Below are positions 39,071 to 47,830 of a stretch of 64,000 nucleotides of DNA, one piece after another (position 1 is the first letter of the stretch; the number at the start of each line of letters is the position of its first letter). Where the stretch lies: the NCBI GenBank assembly GCA_963781585.1, contig CAWAGQ010000014.1, positions 1 to 64,000 of the forward strand, read 5' to 3'. Source of the stretch: an uncultured Gemmatimonadaceae bacterium (GTDB lineage Bacteria; Gemmatimonadota; Gemmatimonadetes; Gemmatimonadales; Gemmatimonadaceae). The notes under the pieces were generated by a model. It worked only from the letters and a program-made list of their open reading frames with translations. It did no database searches and was not told where the DNA came from. Made by a program: the position numbers and the translations under genes.

Positions 39071-41835
39071 TGACCGCGAAACCGGCGATGCGCACGCGCG
39101 CGGATGGCGCGATTCGCGAACTGCGGGCATGGCTGCGCGACACCAATGGCACGGTCGTGGTCGCGGTGGTTTCGGTGCTGGCGGCGTACCTGCTGTGGCT
39201 CGTACTCACCCCCCGCGGACCGCACCGCTCGCTCATCGCCAACGTGGCAAACGTGCCGCTCGACGTGGCGGCGGGCATCTCGGCGCTGCTGACGTCGCGG
39301 GCGCGATCACTGAACGCACGGACCCGGCAGGCCTGGTTGTGGTGTGCGCTGGCCTTCTTCGCCGACGGCACGGGAAACCTGGGGTGGCTCATCCAGGAGA
39401 ACATCCGGGCCGCGGTCCCGTCGCCCTCGTGGGCGGACATCGGCTATCTGGCGTTTTACCCGCTCTGCCTGTATGCGCTGCTGCGCTTCCCGCGGTGGCG
39501 CCGTGGCTGGGAAGAGTCGCTCAAGTTCTGGCTTGACGTGGGGATCGTGATGGTGGCGGGCGGCACGGTGATCTGGTACGTGCTGGTCGCACCCGCCCTC
39601 GAGTCGCCGTCGGCCGGGCTGCTGGACACCATCCTGTCTCTCGCCTATCCGTTAGGCGATCTGGTGCTGGTATTCGGGTGCGCGGTGGTGTTGATGCGGA
39701 GATCGCCGCCCGAGAGCAGGCTCCCGATCATGCTGCTGGGCGCTGGCGGACTGGCGTTGCTTCTTGCCGACCTCCTCTATGGGTGGGCGGAGATGCGGGG
39801 CAACGGCTACCACAGCGGAACGTGGATCGACATCTGGTTCCAGCTGTCAGGCTTCCTCTGGTTCGTCTCCGCGCAATACCAGCGCTGGCGCGCGCGGCGC
39901 CCGGCGCTGGCGACAGCCGGAAGTCAGGAAGCATCACCGGACGTCAGTCCGCTTCCCTACGTCGCCATCCCGACGGGGTATGCGGTCCTGTTGCTGGTGG
40001 CGCTGCCGCACTGGTCACGCACTCTGGCGGGGGTGGTGCTCGCTGTCCTGGCGCTCACCGCGCTGGTGGTGATGCGTCAATTCACCGCGGTACACGAGAA
40101 TCAGCGGCTGCTGGCCGAGCGCGCGGCACGGGAAGCGAGATTCCGTTCACTGGTGCAGAACTCGTCGGACGTGATCATCGTCATCGACGGCGCGGGCGTC
40201 ATCCAGTTCTGCAGCCCCGCGGTCACACGGGTGTTCGGCTGGGATTCCGACGCGCTCACCGGCAAGAAGGTGTTCGACGTGAGCCACGCCGACGACGAGA
40301 CGCTGCTGCGCAACTTCCTGGCGCAGGTGAGCGCCCACGAAGGTGCGACGGCCTCGGCGGTCTGGCGACTGCGTCATGCGGCCGGCGACTGGCGGTACGT
40401 CGAGACCGTCGCCACCTGTCTGCTCGAGGATCCCGCGGTGGGCGGCATCGTCATGAATACCAGAGACGTGTCCGAGCGCACCGCACTGGAGCAGGAGCTG
40501 ACGCACCAGGCGTATCACGACGCACTGACGGGTCTCGTGAACCGGGTGCGCTTCCGCTCTCAGGTGGAGCGCGCCCTGCAGCAGGCCGGAGCGGTTCAGG
40601 CGAGCGTGGCGGTACTGTTCCTCGACCTCGACAACTTCAAGACCGTGAACGACAGCCTCGGACACGCCGAAGGAGACCGGCTGCTCCGCGAAGTCGCGAC
40701 CCGGCTCCTCAGTGCCACGCGCGGATCCGACATCGTGGCGCGGCTGGGCGGCGATGAGTTCGCGCTGCTGCTGGAGAAAGTGACGTCCGATGAGCAGGCC
40801 GTGGTCGTGGCCGAGCGCATCATCTCCGGCCTGCGGCGTCCGTTCACGCTCGACGCCGCGGAGGTGAACGTCGGTGCCAGCATCGGGATCGCCCGCGGTC
40901 GAGAGGGGCAGGGGACAACCGAACTGCTGCGCAATGCCGACGTGGCGATGTACGTCGCGAAGCGCCATCGCACCGGGCGCTACATGATCTTCGAGCCCGA
41001 GATGCACTCGGAGATTCGCGACCGGATGGCCCTCGAGGCGGATCTGCGCCACGCGGTCGAGCGGGCGGAGTTCACGGTGGAGTACCAGCCAATTGTGAAC
41101 CTGGGCACGGGCGAGATCGCGGGAGCCGAAGCGCTGGTGCGCTGGCAGCATCCGACGCGGGGAGCAATCTCGCCGGCCGAATTCATCCCGATCGCGGAGG
41201 ACAGCGGACTGATCATCCCACTGGGCCGCATCGTCCTGACGATGGCGTGCCGCGATGCGGCACGCTGGGTGGCGAGCGATTCGCGGCCGTTCAGCCTCAC
41301 GGTGAACATCTCCGGCAAGCAGTTGCAGTCGTCGCTGGCCGACGATCTGGCGCTCGCGCTCGACGACTCCGGCCTGCCAGCGGCGTCGCTGCTCCTCGAG
41401 ATCACCGAGAGCGTGGTCATGCGGAACACCGAGAGCATGCTGGCCAAGCTGCACGCGTTGAAGGGCCTTGGCGTGCAGCTGGCGATCGACGACTTCGGGA
41501 CGGGATACTCGTCGCTGGCGTATCTGCAACGCTTCCCGATCGACGTGCTCAAGATCGACAAGACGTTCGTGGACCACATGGGGAGCGACGACAGCGGCGG
41601 GTCGCTGTCGCGCACGGTCGTGGCGCTGGGGAACGCGCTGGGGCTGCGCACGGTGGCCGAAGGGGTCGAGCGGGTGGAGCAGGTGGCCGCGCTGCGCGCG
41701 ATCGGGTGCGACTACGCGCAAGGGTATTACTTCTCGGTTCCGGTGCGCGCGGCCGAGATGGACGCGCTGCTGACGGCGAACCGCAGTCGGAGTCCCGCCG
41801 CGCGGAAGCTGGCGATGTCGGCCGAGGCCGCCTGA
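39070..41835 (+). CDS. Membrane-bound diguanylate cyclase/phosphodiesterase (multi-TM + PAS + GGDEF + EAL)
   Basis: About 9-10 TM segments, RFRSLVQNSSD PAS, RGSD I-site + RLGGDEF, GAEALVRW, DDFGTGYSSL, VAEGVE. Confidence 0.95.
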   Translation: MTAKPAMRTRADGAIRELRAWLRDTNGTVVVAVVSVLAAYLLWLVLTPRGPHRSLIANVANVPLDVAAGISALLTSRARSLNARTRQAWLWCALAFFADGTGNLGWLIQENIRAAVPSPSWADIGYLAFYPLCLYALLRFPRWRRGWEESLKFWLDVGIVMVAGGTVIWYVLVAPALESPSAGLLDTILSLAYPLGDLVLVFGCAVVLMRRSPPESRLPIMLLGAGGLALLLADLLYGWAEMRGNGYHSGTWIDIWFQLSGFLWFVSAQYQRWRARRPALATAGSQEASPDVSPLPYVAIPTGYAVLLLVALPHWSRTLAGVVLAVLALTALVVMRQFTAVHENQRLLAERAAREARFRSLVQNSSDVIIVIDGAGVIQFCSPAVTRVFGWDSDALTGKKVFDVSHADDETLLRNFLAQVSAHEGATASAVWRLRHAAGDWRYVETVATCLLEDPAVGGIVMNTRDVSERTALEQELTHQAYHDALTGLVNRVRFRSQVERALQQAGAVQASVAVLFLDLDNFKTVNDSLGHAEGDRLLREVATRLLSATRGSDIVARLGGDEFALLLEKVTSDEQAVVVAERIISGLRRPFTLDAAEVNVGASIGIARGREGQGTTELLRNADVAMYVAKRHRTGRYMIFEPEMHSEIRDRMALEADLRHAVERAEFTVEYQPIVNLGTGEIAGAEALVRWQHPTRGAISPAEFIPIAEDSGLIIPLGRIVLTMACRDAARWVASDSRPFSLTVNISGKQLQSSLADDLALALDDSGLPAASLLLEITESVVMRNTESMLAKLHALKGLGVQLAIDDFGTGYSSLAYLQRFPIDVLKIDKTFVDHMGSDDSGGSLSRTVVALGNALGLRTVAEGVERVEQVAALRAIGCDYAQGYYFSVPVRAAEMDALLTANRSRSPAARKLAMSAEAA

Positions 41836-41845
41836 CGCGTACCGC

Positions 41846-42490
41846 CTAACGGGATTCCGCGCGGCAGGCCACGAGCACGCCGTCCCGGATCGGCACGATC
41901 GACGAGATCCAGCGCGGGCGGTTCGTCACCAGCGCCGTGAAGTCCCGCACCCCCCGGGTCGCTGCTGACGTGTCGGCGTCATCGAAGACGCGACCGCTCC
42001 ACAGCAGATTATCGACCAGCAGGAGACCGCCGGTGCGCAGCTTCTGCTCGATCACCGGGAGCGACGCGGGGTAGCCCTCCTTGTTGATGTCATTGAAGAT
42101 CACGTCGAAGCTTCCTGACGACGCGCCCAGCGCGGCCACCGCCTCGCTCACCTGGAAAGTGACCTGATCGGCGAGGCCGAGGCGGCCCAGGTAGTCGCGT
42201 GCCTTGGCCGAGAGGGTCTCGTCCCAGACCACATGGTGGACCTTTCCTCCACCATTCTCCTTCACCGCCCGGGCGAACCAGGCCGTGGAGTAGCCGAAGC
42301 CCGATCCCATCTCGAACACCTGGCGGGCGCCCGTCATCCGCGTGAGCAGATAGCACAGGTGACCAGAGGCGGGTCCGATGATCGGAAAATCCGTGGCCGC
42401 CGCCTCGGCCTCCATTTCGGCGAGCACGGCATGGCGAGGCGGAACAAGGCGGTCGAGGTACGACGCGACCTGAGGGGCGATGAGGTCCAT
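41846..42490 (-). CDS. Class I SAM-dependent O-methyltransferase
   Basis: FPIIGP, VFEMGSGFGYS, FDVIFNDINKEGY, GGLLLVDNLLWSG; start ATG 42490. Confidence 0.9.
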   Translation of the reverse strand: MDLIAPQVASYLDRLVPPRHAVLAEMEAEAAATDFPIIGPASGHLCYLLTRMTGARQVFEMGSGFGYSTAWFARAVKENGGGKVHHVVWDETLSAKARDYLGRLGLADQVTFQVSEAVAALGASSGSFDVIFNDINKEGYPASLPVIEQKLRTGGLLLVDNLLWSGRVFDDADTSAATRGVRDFTALVTNRPRWISSIVPIRDGVLVACRAESR

Positions 42491-42649
42491 GCTCGAAGAA
42501 GCGCGGTACGCCGGGCCTGGGCAAGAGGACGAGCAGCGCCCGCGGAGCCCAGCCGATCGTGACAGCGGACCGGCACCGCTCTTGACGCCGCTTGCCGTCG
42601 GGTCAATCGTCGGGGCGGACGCTGCGTGCGTCCGCGACCGGGAGGCAGC

Positions 42650-44008
42650 ATGGCTTCTCTGCACGTCGCTCAGAGCGCGCATCCTGATACGCAAGGGGCG
42701 GCTGGTTCGCCCACGTTCGTCGGCGCCGGCATCAGCGTACCGCACGCTGGTCGCCCCATCGTGCGTCTGCCCGCCCGATGCATTGTCGCCGCACTCGCGT
42801 TTGCCGTGGAGCCATTGCATGCCCAGGCCGCGCGCGACAGCGCCGGCATCCAGATCGTCGAGAACAGCCAGCCGGCGCTCTCCGGCGCCCGTGCCTGGCG
42901 CCTGTCGCCGAAGCCGTTCCTGGAAATCGGATCCCGAGCCTCGGACGTCGGTGCTGCGCAGGATTCGCTCTACGGGCTGCTCCGCGTGAACGGCATCGCG
43001 CGGCTCAGCGACGGGCGCGTGGCGGTGGCGAACGACGGCTCGCTGACGATCCGGTTCTTCGACCAGGCGGGGAAGTTCGTCTCGTATGCTGGCCGCGAGG
43101 GACAGGGGCCCGGCGAATTCCAGCAGCTCCTGCGGATGACCCAGCGGGCGGGCGACACGCTTGTCATCACCGATCTGGGCGAGGTGGAGTACTTCTCGGG
43201 GGACGGCAAGTTCGTGCGTCGGGGCGTGCATCGCGGCGCCGAGCAGCCGCAATTCCACTTTCCACAGGCCTGGTTTCGCGACGGCTCGTTCCTGGCGGCC
43301 GACTACGCACCCACCGCGCCGCCCCCGGACGGACGCACCCTGATACGCGTCCCCCTGCTCAGGGTGTCGGCGGATGGCGCGCGGGTGGACACGTTAGGCA
43401 CATTCCCGCTGTGGGAGCAGATCTTCGATGGACGGACGCCGTACGGGAAGGGAATTGTCTTCAGTCCCACCGGGCAGCTGGCGTGCGACGGGGAGCGGGT
43501 GTACGTCGGGCTCCCGGATCGCTACCAGATCAGCGTCTACAGCGGCCTGGGCCGGTTGGAGCGCATTGTCCGGCGGTCCTGGCAACCGATCGTGGTCCGC
43601 GATGAGGACAAGGCGGCCTATCGGAAGCACACGCTCGACGGGAGCGGCGAGAACGGACGGCCATGGCCGCCGGAGGTCCGCGCCCGGCTTGAGAAATCGC
43701 TCGAATCCACTGTGTATGCCGACCGGTTTCCCGCGTTCTCGACCATGACGGCCGACCGTGCCGGGAACCTCTGGGTCCGGCAGTACGACTACCGCGCCGA
43801 GTTCCGGACCGCTGGTCGCGTACGCATGGAAACGCCGGTGGTCGCGACCCACTGGGATGTCTTCGATGGACAAGGGGGCTGGCTGACCACCCTCACAGTG
43901 CCAGCGCGATTCGCGCCGCTCGAGATCGGGGATGACTACATGGCCGGCCTTTCGCGGGATGACGACGATGTGGAGCACGTCCAGCTCTATCGTCTCATGA
44001 AGCCCTAG
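42650..44008 (+). CDS. Exported beta-propeller protein (6-bladed type)
   Basis: RDSAGIQIVEN, GREGQGPGEF, ADRAGNLWVR, WDVFDGQG, DDDDVEHVQLYRL; GGAGG RBS. Confidence 0.8.
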   Translation: MASLHVAQSAHPDTQGAAGSPTFVGAGISVPHAGRPIVRLPARCIVAALAFAVEPLHAQAARDSAGIQIVENSQPALSGARAWRLSPKPFLEIGSRASDVGAAQDSLYGLLRVNGIARLSDGRVAVANDGSLTIRFFDQAGKFVSYAGREGQGPGEFQQLLRMTQRAGDTLVITDLGEVEYFSGDGKFVRRGVHRGAEQPQFHFPQAWFRDGSFLAADYAPTAPPPDGRTLIRVPLLRVSADGARVDTLGTFPLWEQIFDGRTPYGKGIVFSPTGQLACDGERVYVGLPDRYQISVYSGLGRLERIVRRSWQPIVVRDEDKAAYRKHTLDGSGENGRPWPPEVRARLEKSLESTVYADRFPAFSTMTADRAGNLWVRQYDYRAEFRTAGRVRMETPVVATHWDVFDGQGGWLTTLTVPARFAPLEIGDDYMAGLSRDDDDVEHVQLYRLMKP

Positions 44009-44162
44009 CCGCGGGGACACGCAGCACGGGTCGGGCGATTCCACGAACAAGCCTCCACCGGTCCGGCACGGGCTCCCCAGCGAAGTGCGCGCGGATATCG
44101 TTAACAGCTCAGAGTGCTGGCCGGGCCGGTTGGGCCCGTCCATTCCCGTTTGCCGCCATCCC

Positions 44163-47100
44163 ATGCCACGCTTCGCAAGAACGTTCCTCGCCTCGTGCGC
44201 TCCAGCTCTCTTGCTCGCATTCCCTGTCGCGGCGCAACCGCGGGCGACGCGCCCGCCTTCGCCGGCCGCTGACGGCACGCCCCGCTCGACCACCGCGCTG
44301 GCCAGGAGCAGTGCGGCCGCGGTTGCCGACCTCCCTCCCGATTCCGTTCTGGTCCGTTCGCTCGAGTTCCGCTCCATTGGACCGGCATTCATGGGCGGCC
44401 GGATTGTCGACATCGCCGTGGCGGAGAATCGATCGCCCGCAGGTGGGGGCGGCCCGGGGACGGTGATCTTCATCGGCGCCGCGACCGGGGGCGTCTACAA
44501 GTCCACCAACGCCGGCGTATCGTGGAACGCCGTGTTCGATTCGGTCCGTGCCGGCTCGATCGGAGCGGTGGCGGTGGCGCCGTCGAACGGTGACGTGGTC
44601 TGGGTGGGGACGGGCGAGGCGAACAACATGCGCAGCTCGTCGTGGGGTGTTGGCGTCTTCAAATCGACCGACGGCGGGGAAACGTGGTCAGGTCCCATGC
44701 TCCCGAAGTCACAGCACATCGGACGCATCGTCATCGATCCGCGCGATCCGAACGTGGTGTACGTCGCCGCGATGGGGCCGCTCTGGGCCGCGGGCGGCGA
44801 GCGCGGCCTATTCAAGACCACGGACGGCGGCAAGACGTGGACCAACACGAATCAGATCAGCGAGCACACCGGCTTCATCGATCTGGCCATGGACCCGTCC
44901 GATCCGGACGTGCTCTACGGCGCGGCGATGGAACGGGAGCGGCGTGAATACGGATTCCTCCCGGCCGGTCCCGAGAGCGGGATCTTCAAGACGGCCGATG
45001 CAGGGCGGACCTGGACCCGCCTGACGAAGGGCCTCCCAACCGGCGACCTCGGACGCATCGGCCTCAGCGTGTGCCGGTCGAAGCCGAGTACCGTGTACGC
45101 GATCGTCCACGCGCGCGGGAATACCGGAGGCACGTTCCGCAGCGACGACGCGGGAGCGTCGTGGCGGCAGGTGAATGCGGTGAACGGCACAGCGTGGTAC
45201 TACAGTCAGATCCGCTGCGACCCCACCGATCCCGAGCACATCGTGAGGCTCAACGCGAGCTCGCAGGAATCATGGGACGGCGGCAAGACCTGGAGCGCCT
45301 TCGCGCAGGGCGGGGGCGTGCACGGCGACCATCACGCACTCTGGATCAATCCCGACGCGCCAGAGCAGATGATCCTCGGCAACGACGGCGGGCTGAACAT
45401 CTCGTGGGATCGCGGGCAAACGTGGGACCATGTCGAGAACTTCGTGGCCGCGCAGTTCTACGCGATCGCGGTCGATGACGCGCAGCCGTTCTACAACGTG
45501 TGTGGCGGGTTGCAGGACAACTTCTCCTGGTGCGGCCCCAGCCGCACGCGGAACGCCTATGGGCCAACGGCCGCCGAGTGGTATCGCACGCACGGCGGCG
45601 ACGGGTTCTTCGCGGTGCCCGATCAGTGGGACAACAACTTCGTCTACGCCGAGATGCAGAGCGGCGGCGTGGTGCGGTATGATGCGCGCACCGGGCTGAG
45701 CAAGAACATCAAGCCGGTACCGAAGGCTGGTGAGCGCCATCGCTACAACTGGAGCGCGCCTATCCTGCCGTCGCGTCACGAGCCGAAGACGATCTACATG
45801 GCGGCGAACTACCTGTTCCGGAGTCCCGATCGCGGCGACACGTGGGAGACGATCAGCCCGGATCTTACGCGCAACATCGATCGCAACACGCTGCCGCTCC
45901 GGGGATCGGTGCCCGACAGCAACGCGCTCGGACGCAACGAGGGAACCGCCGAATTCAGCAACATCACGACGATCGACGAATCCCCGGTTCGCGCGGGGCT
46001 GCTGGTGGTGGGCACCGACGACGGGCTGATCCAGGTCACGCGCGATGGTGGCAGGACCTGGGTGAAGACGGAGCGGTTCCCGACCGTTCCCGAGACGACG
46101 TACGTGAGCCGCGTGGCGTTCTCCCGATTCAACGAGGGGACGATCTACGCCACGCTGGACGGCCACCGCAGCAACGACTTCAAGCCGTATGTGGTGCTGA
46201 GCACGGACTACGGCCGGACGTGGGCGGCGATGACTGGCGACCTGCCCGACGGCGGCCCGGTGTACGTGGTACGGGAGGACGTGCGCGAGGCGGGTCTGCT
46301 GTTCGCGGGAACGGAGCACGGGGTGTTCTTCACGATCGATCGCGGGCAGCACTGGACGCAGCTCAGGAGCGGCATTCCCGGAGTGCCCGTGCACGATCTG
46401 CAGATCCAGGCGCGGGCAAACGACCTGGTGGTGGGGACGCACGGTCGCGGGATCTTCATTCTCGACGACCTCACCCCGCTGCAGCAGCTCGCGGCCGCGA
46501 AGCAGGCGGCGGTTGCCTACCTGTACCCGGTGCGCGACGCGCTGCTCTTCCAGCCTAACGCGAGCCGGAACTCGGGAATGGGCACGAGCGGCTGGAGCGG
46601 TGAGAACCCACCGCCCGGGGCGAGCATCGCCTACCTGTTACGCACCGTGCCCGCCGACGCGAAGCCGACCTTGTCCATTGTCGACGCGTCAGGCACCGTG
46701 GTTCGTGAATTGAGCGGCGAGAAGGAGCCGGGCCTGTATCGCACGACCTGGGACATGCGCGTGGGTCCGCCACTCACGGGTCCTGTCGACACGATGCCGC
46801 CGGGTCGCGGCGGTCGCGGTGGACGCGGGCAGCTCGCCGGTGGACAGGCGGGACGCGGTGGTGCGGTGGGCGGGCGTGGCGCTCAGGGTGCGCGCGGAGC
46901 CGCGCGCGGAGCCGCGCGCGGGGGCGGGGGCGGGGGCGGGGCGGGCTTTGGCGGCGGATTCGGCGGCCGGGGGAATGGCGAGATCACGTTCCTCGCACTC
47001 CCGGGTCCGTACCGGGCGCGCCTGACGATCGCCTCGCCGCACGGCGCGCCGACGGTGTTCGAGCGGCAGTTCACTCTGCTCAGGGATCCGATGGTGCTGC

Positions 47101-47696
47101 TCACCGACGCCGAGCTCCGCCAGCTCAACCAGTACCGTCTTGGCGTGGCGCGATTGCAGCGCGATCTGCGGGAGCAGGCGGCGCGAGCCGATACGGTGCA
47201 GCGCGCACTGGCGGAACTGAAGCGCGCCGCTGACAGCGCTGGCGCGAAGGTGCCGGAGTCAGTCCACCAGGAGATTGCGGCCGCCGACAAGGAACTCGCG
47301 GACATCGTGGCCCAGCTGGGCGCGGCCGGCGGGGGGCGGGGCGGTCGCGGTGGCCGCGGCGGGGGCGGGTTTGGCGCGCCCGCCGGAGCGGGCAGAGGCG
47401 GGGGCGGAGCCGGGAACGGAGCCGCAGGCGGAGGCAGTGACGATGATCAGAATGCGGCGGTGGCGGTCCCGCCCAGCCAGACCATACAGGCGCGTCTCGG
47501 CTCCACGACCGAACTGCTGAACGTTCCGTTCAGTCCAAGCGCGGACCAGCGAGCGACGCTGCAGGCATTGCCCGCCGAATTGCAGAAGCAGGCGGATCGT
47601 CTGCGGCGCCTGACGAGCGAACGGATGCCGGCTCTCGTCAAGACACTTCGAACCGCCGGTATCGACCTCAAGACGGGAGGCGGTTCGGCAGGGTAG
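44163..47696 (+). CDS. Secreted VPS10/BNR-repeat glycosyl hydrolase-like protein with Gly/Arg-rich inserts
   Basis: FRSIGPAFMGGRIVDIAV and many Asp-box repeats (KSTDGGETW, KTTDGGKTW, RSDDAGASW, TRDGGRTW), GTHGRG. Confidence 0.9.
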   Translation: MPRFARTFLASCAPALLLAFPVAAQPRATRPPSPAADGTPRSTTALARSSAAAVADLPPDSVLVRSLEFRSIGPAFMGGRIVDIAVAENRSPAGGGGPGTVIFIGAATGGVYKSTNAGVSWNAVFDSVRAGSIGAVAVAPSNGDVVWVGTGEANNMRSSSWGVGVFKSTDGGETWSGPMLPKSQHIGRIVIDPRDPNVVYVAAMGPLWAAGGERGLFKTTDGGKTWTNTNQISEHTGFIDLAMDPSDPDVLYGAAMERERREYGFLPAGPESGIFKTADAGRTWTRLTKGLPTGDLGRIGLSVCRSKPSTVYAIVHARGNTGGTFRSDDAGASWRQVNAVNGTAWYYSQIRCDPTDPEHIVRLNASSQESWDGGKTWSAFAQGGGVHGDHHALWINPDAPEQMILGNDGGLNISWDRGQTWDHVENFVAAQFYAIAVDDAQPFYNVCGGLQDNFSWCGPSRTRNAYGPTAAEWYRTHGGDGFFAVPDQWDNNFVYAEMQSGGVVRYDARTGLSKNIKPVPKAGERHRYNWSAPILPSRHEPKTIYMAANYLFRSPDRGDTWETISPDLTRNIDRNTLPLRGSVPDSNALGRNEGTAEFSNITTIDESPVRAGLLVVGTDDGLIQVTRDGGRTWVKTERFPTVPETTYVSRVAFSRFNEGTIYATLDGHRSNDFKPYVVLSTDYGRTWAAMTGDLPDGGPVYVVREDVREAGLLFAGTEHGVFFTIDRGQHWTQLRSGIPGVPVHDLQIQARANDLVVGTHGRGIFILDDLTPLQQLAAAKQAAVAYLYPVRDALLFQPNASRNSGMGTSGWSGENPPPGASIAYLLRTVPADAKPTLSIVDASGTVVRELSGEKEPGLYRTTWDMRVGPPLTGPVDTMPPGRGGRGGRGQLAGGQAGRGGAVGGRGAQGARGAARGAARGGGGGGGAGFGGGFGGRGNGEITFLALPGPYRARLTIASPHGAPTVFERQFTLLRDPMVLLTDAELRQLNQYRLGVARLQRDLREQAARADTVQRALAELKRAADSAGAKVPESVHQEIAAADKELADIVAQLGAAGGGRGGRGGRGGGGFGAPAGAGRGGGGAGNGAAGGGSDDDQNAAVAVPPSQTIQARLGSTTELLNVPFSPSADQRATLQALPAELQKQADRLRRLTSERMPALVKTLRTAGIDLKTGGGSAG

Positions 47697-47712
47697 TCGG
47701 CATCGCGACCGG

Positions 47713-47736
47713 GCCGCCGACTGACGGGTCGGCGGC
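47713..47736. terminator. Perfect 9-bp hairpin between convergent genes
   Basis: GCCGCCGAC-TGACGG-GTCGGCGGC. Confidence 0.45.
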
Positions 47737-47830
47737 GTGGAGCACCGCCCTCATCGGCGGCAAAGGGCCGGTTCAATCAGGCGGAGCGCGCCGTGCGTCC
47801 TCCGTGCCTGTCCTCGTGGCGGTCAGCCGG

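Noticed and set aside
42491..43258. 256-aa N-terminal extension on the O-methyltransferase ORF (similar extensions on the glpQ-like, ATPase2, oxlT and GT2 ORFs)
   Set aside because: These extensions are antisense to or overlap neighbouring genes or repeat arrays. Downstream ATGs give normal-length proteins.
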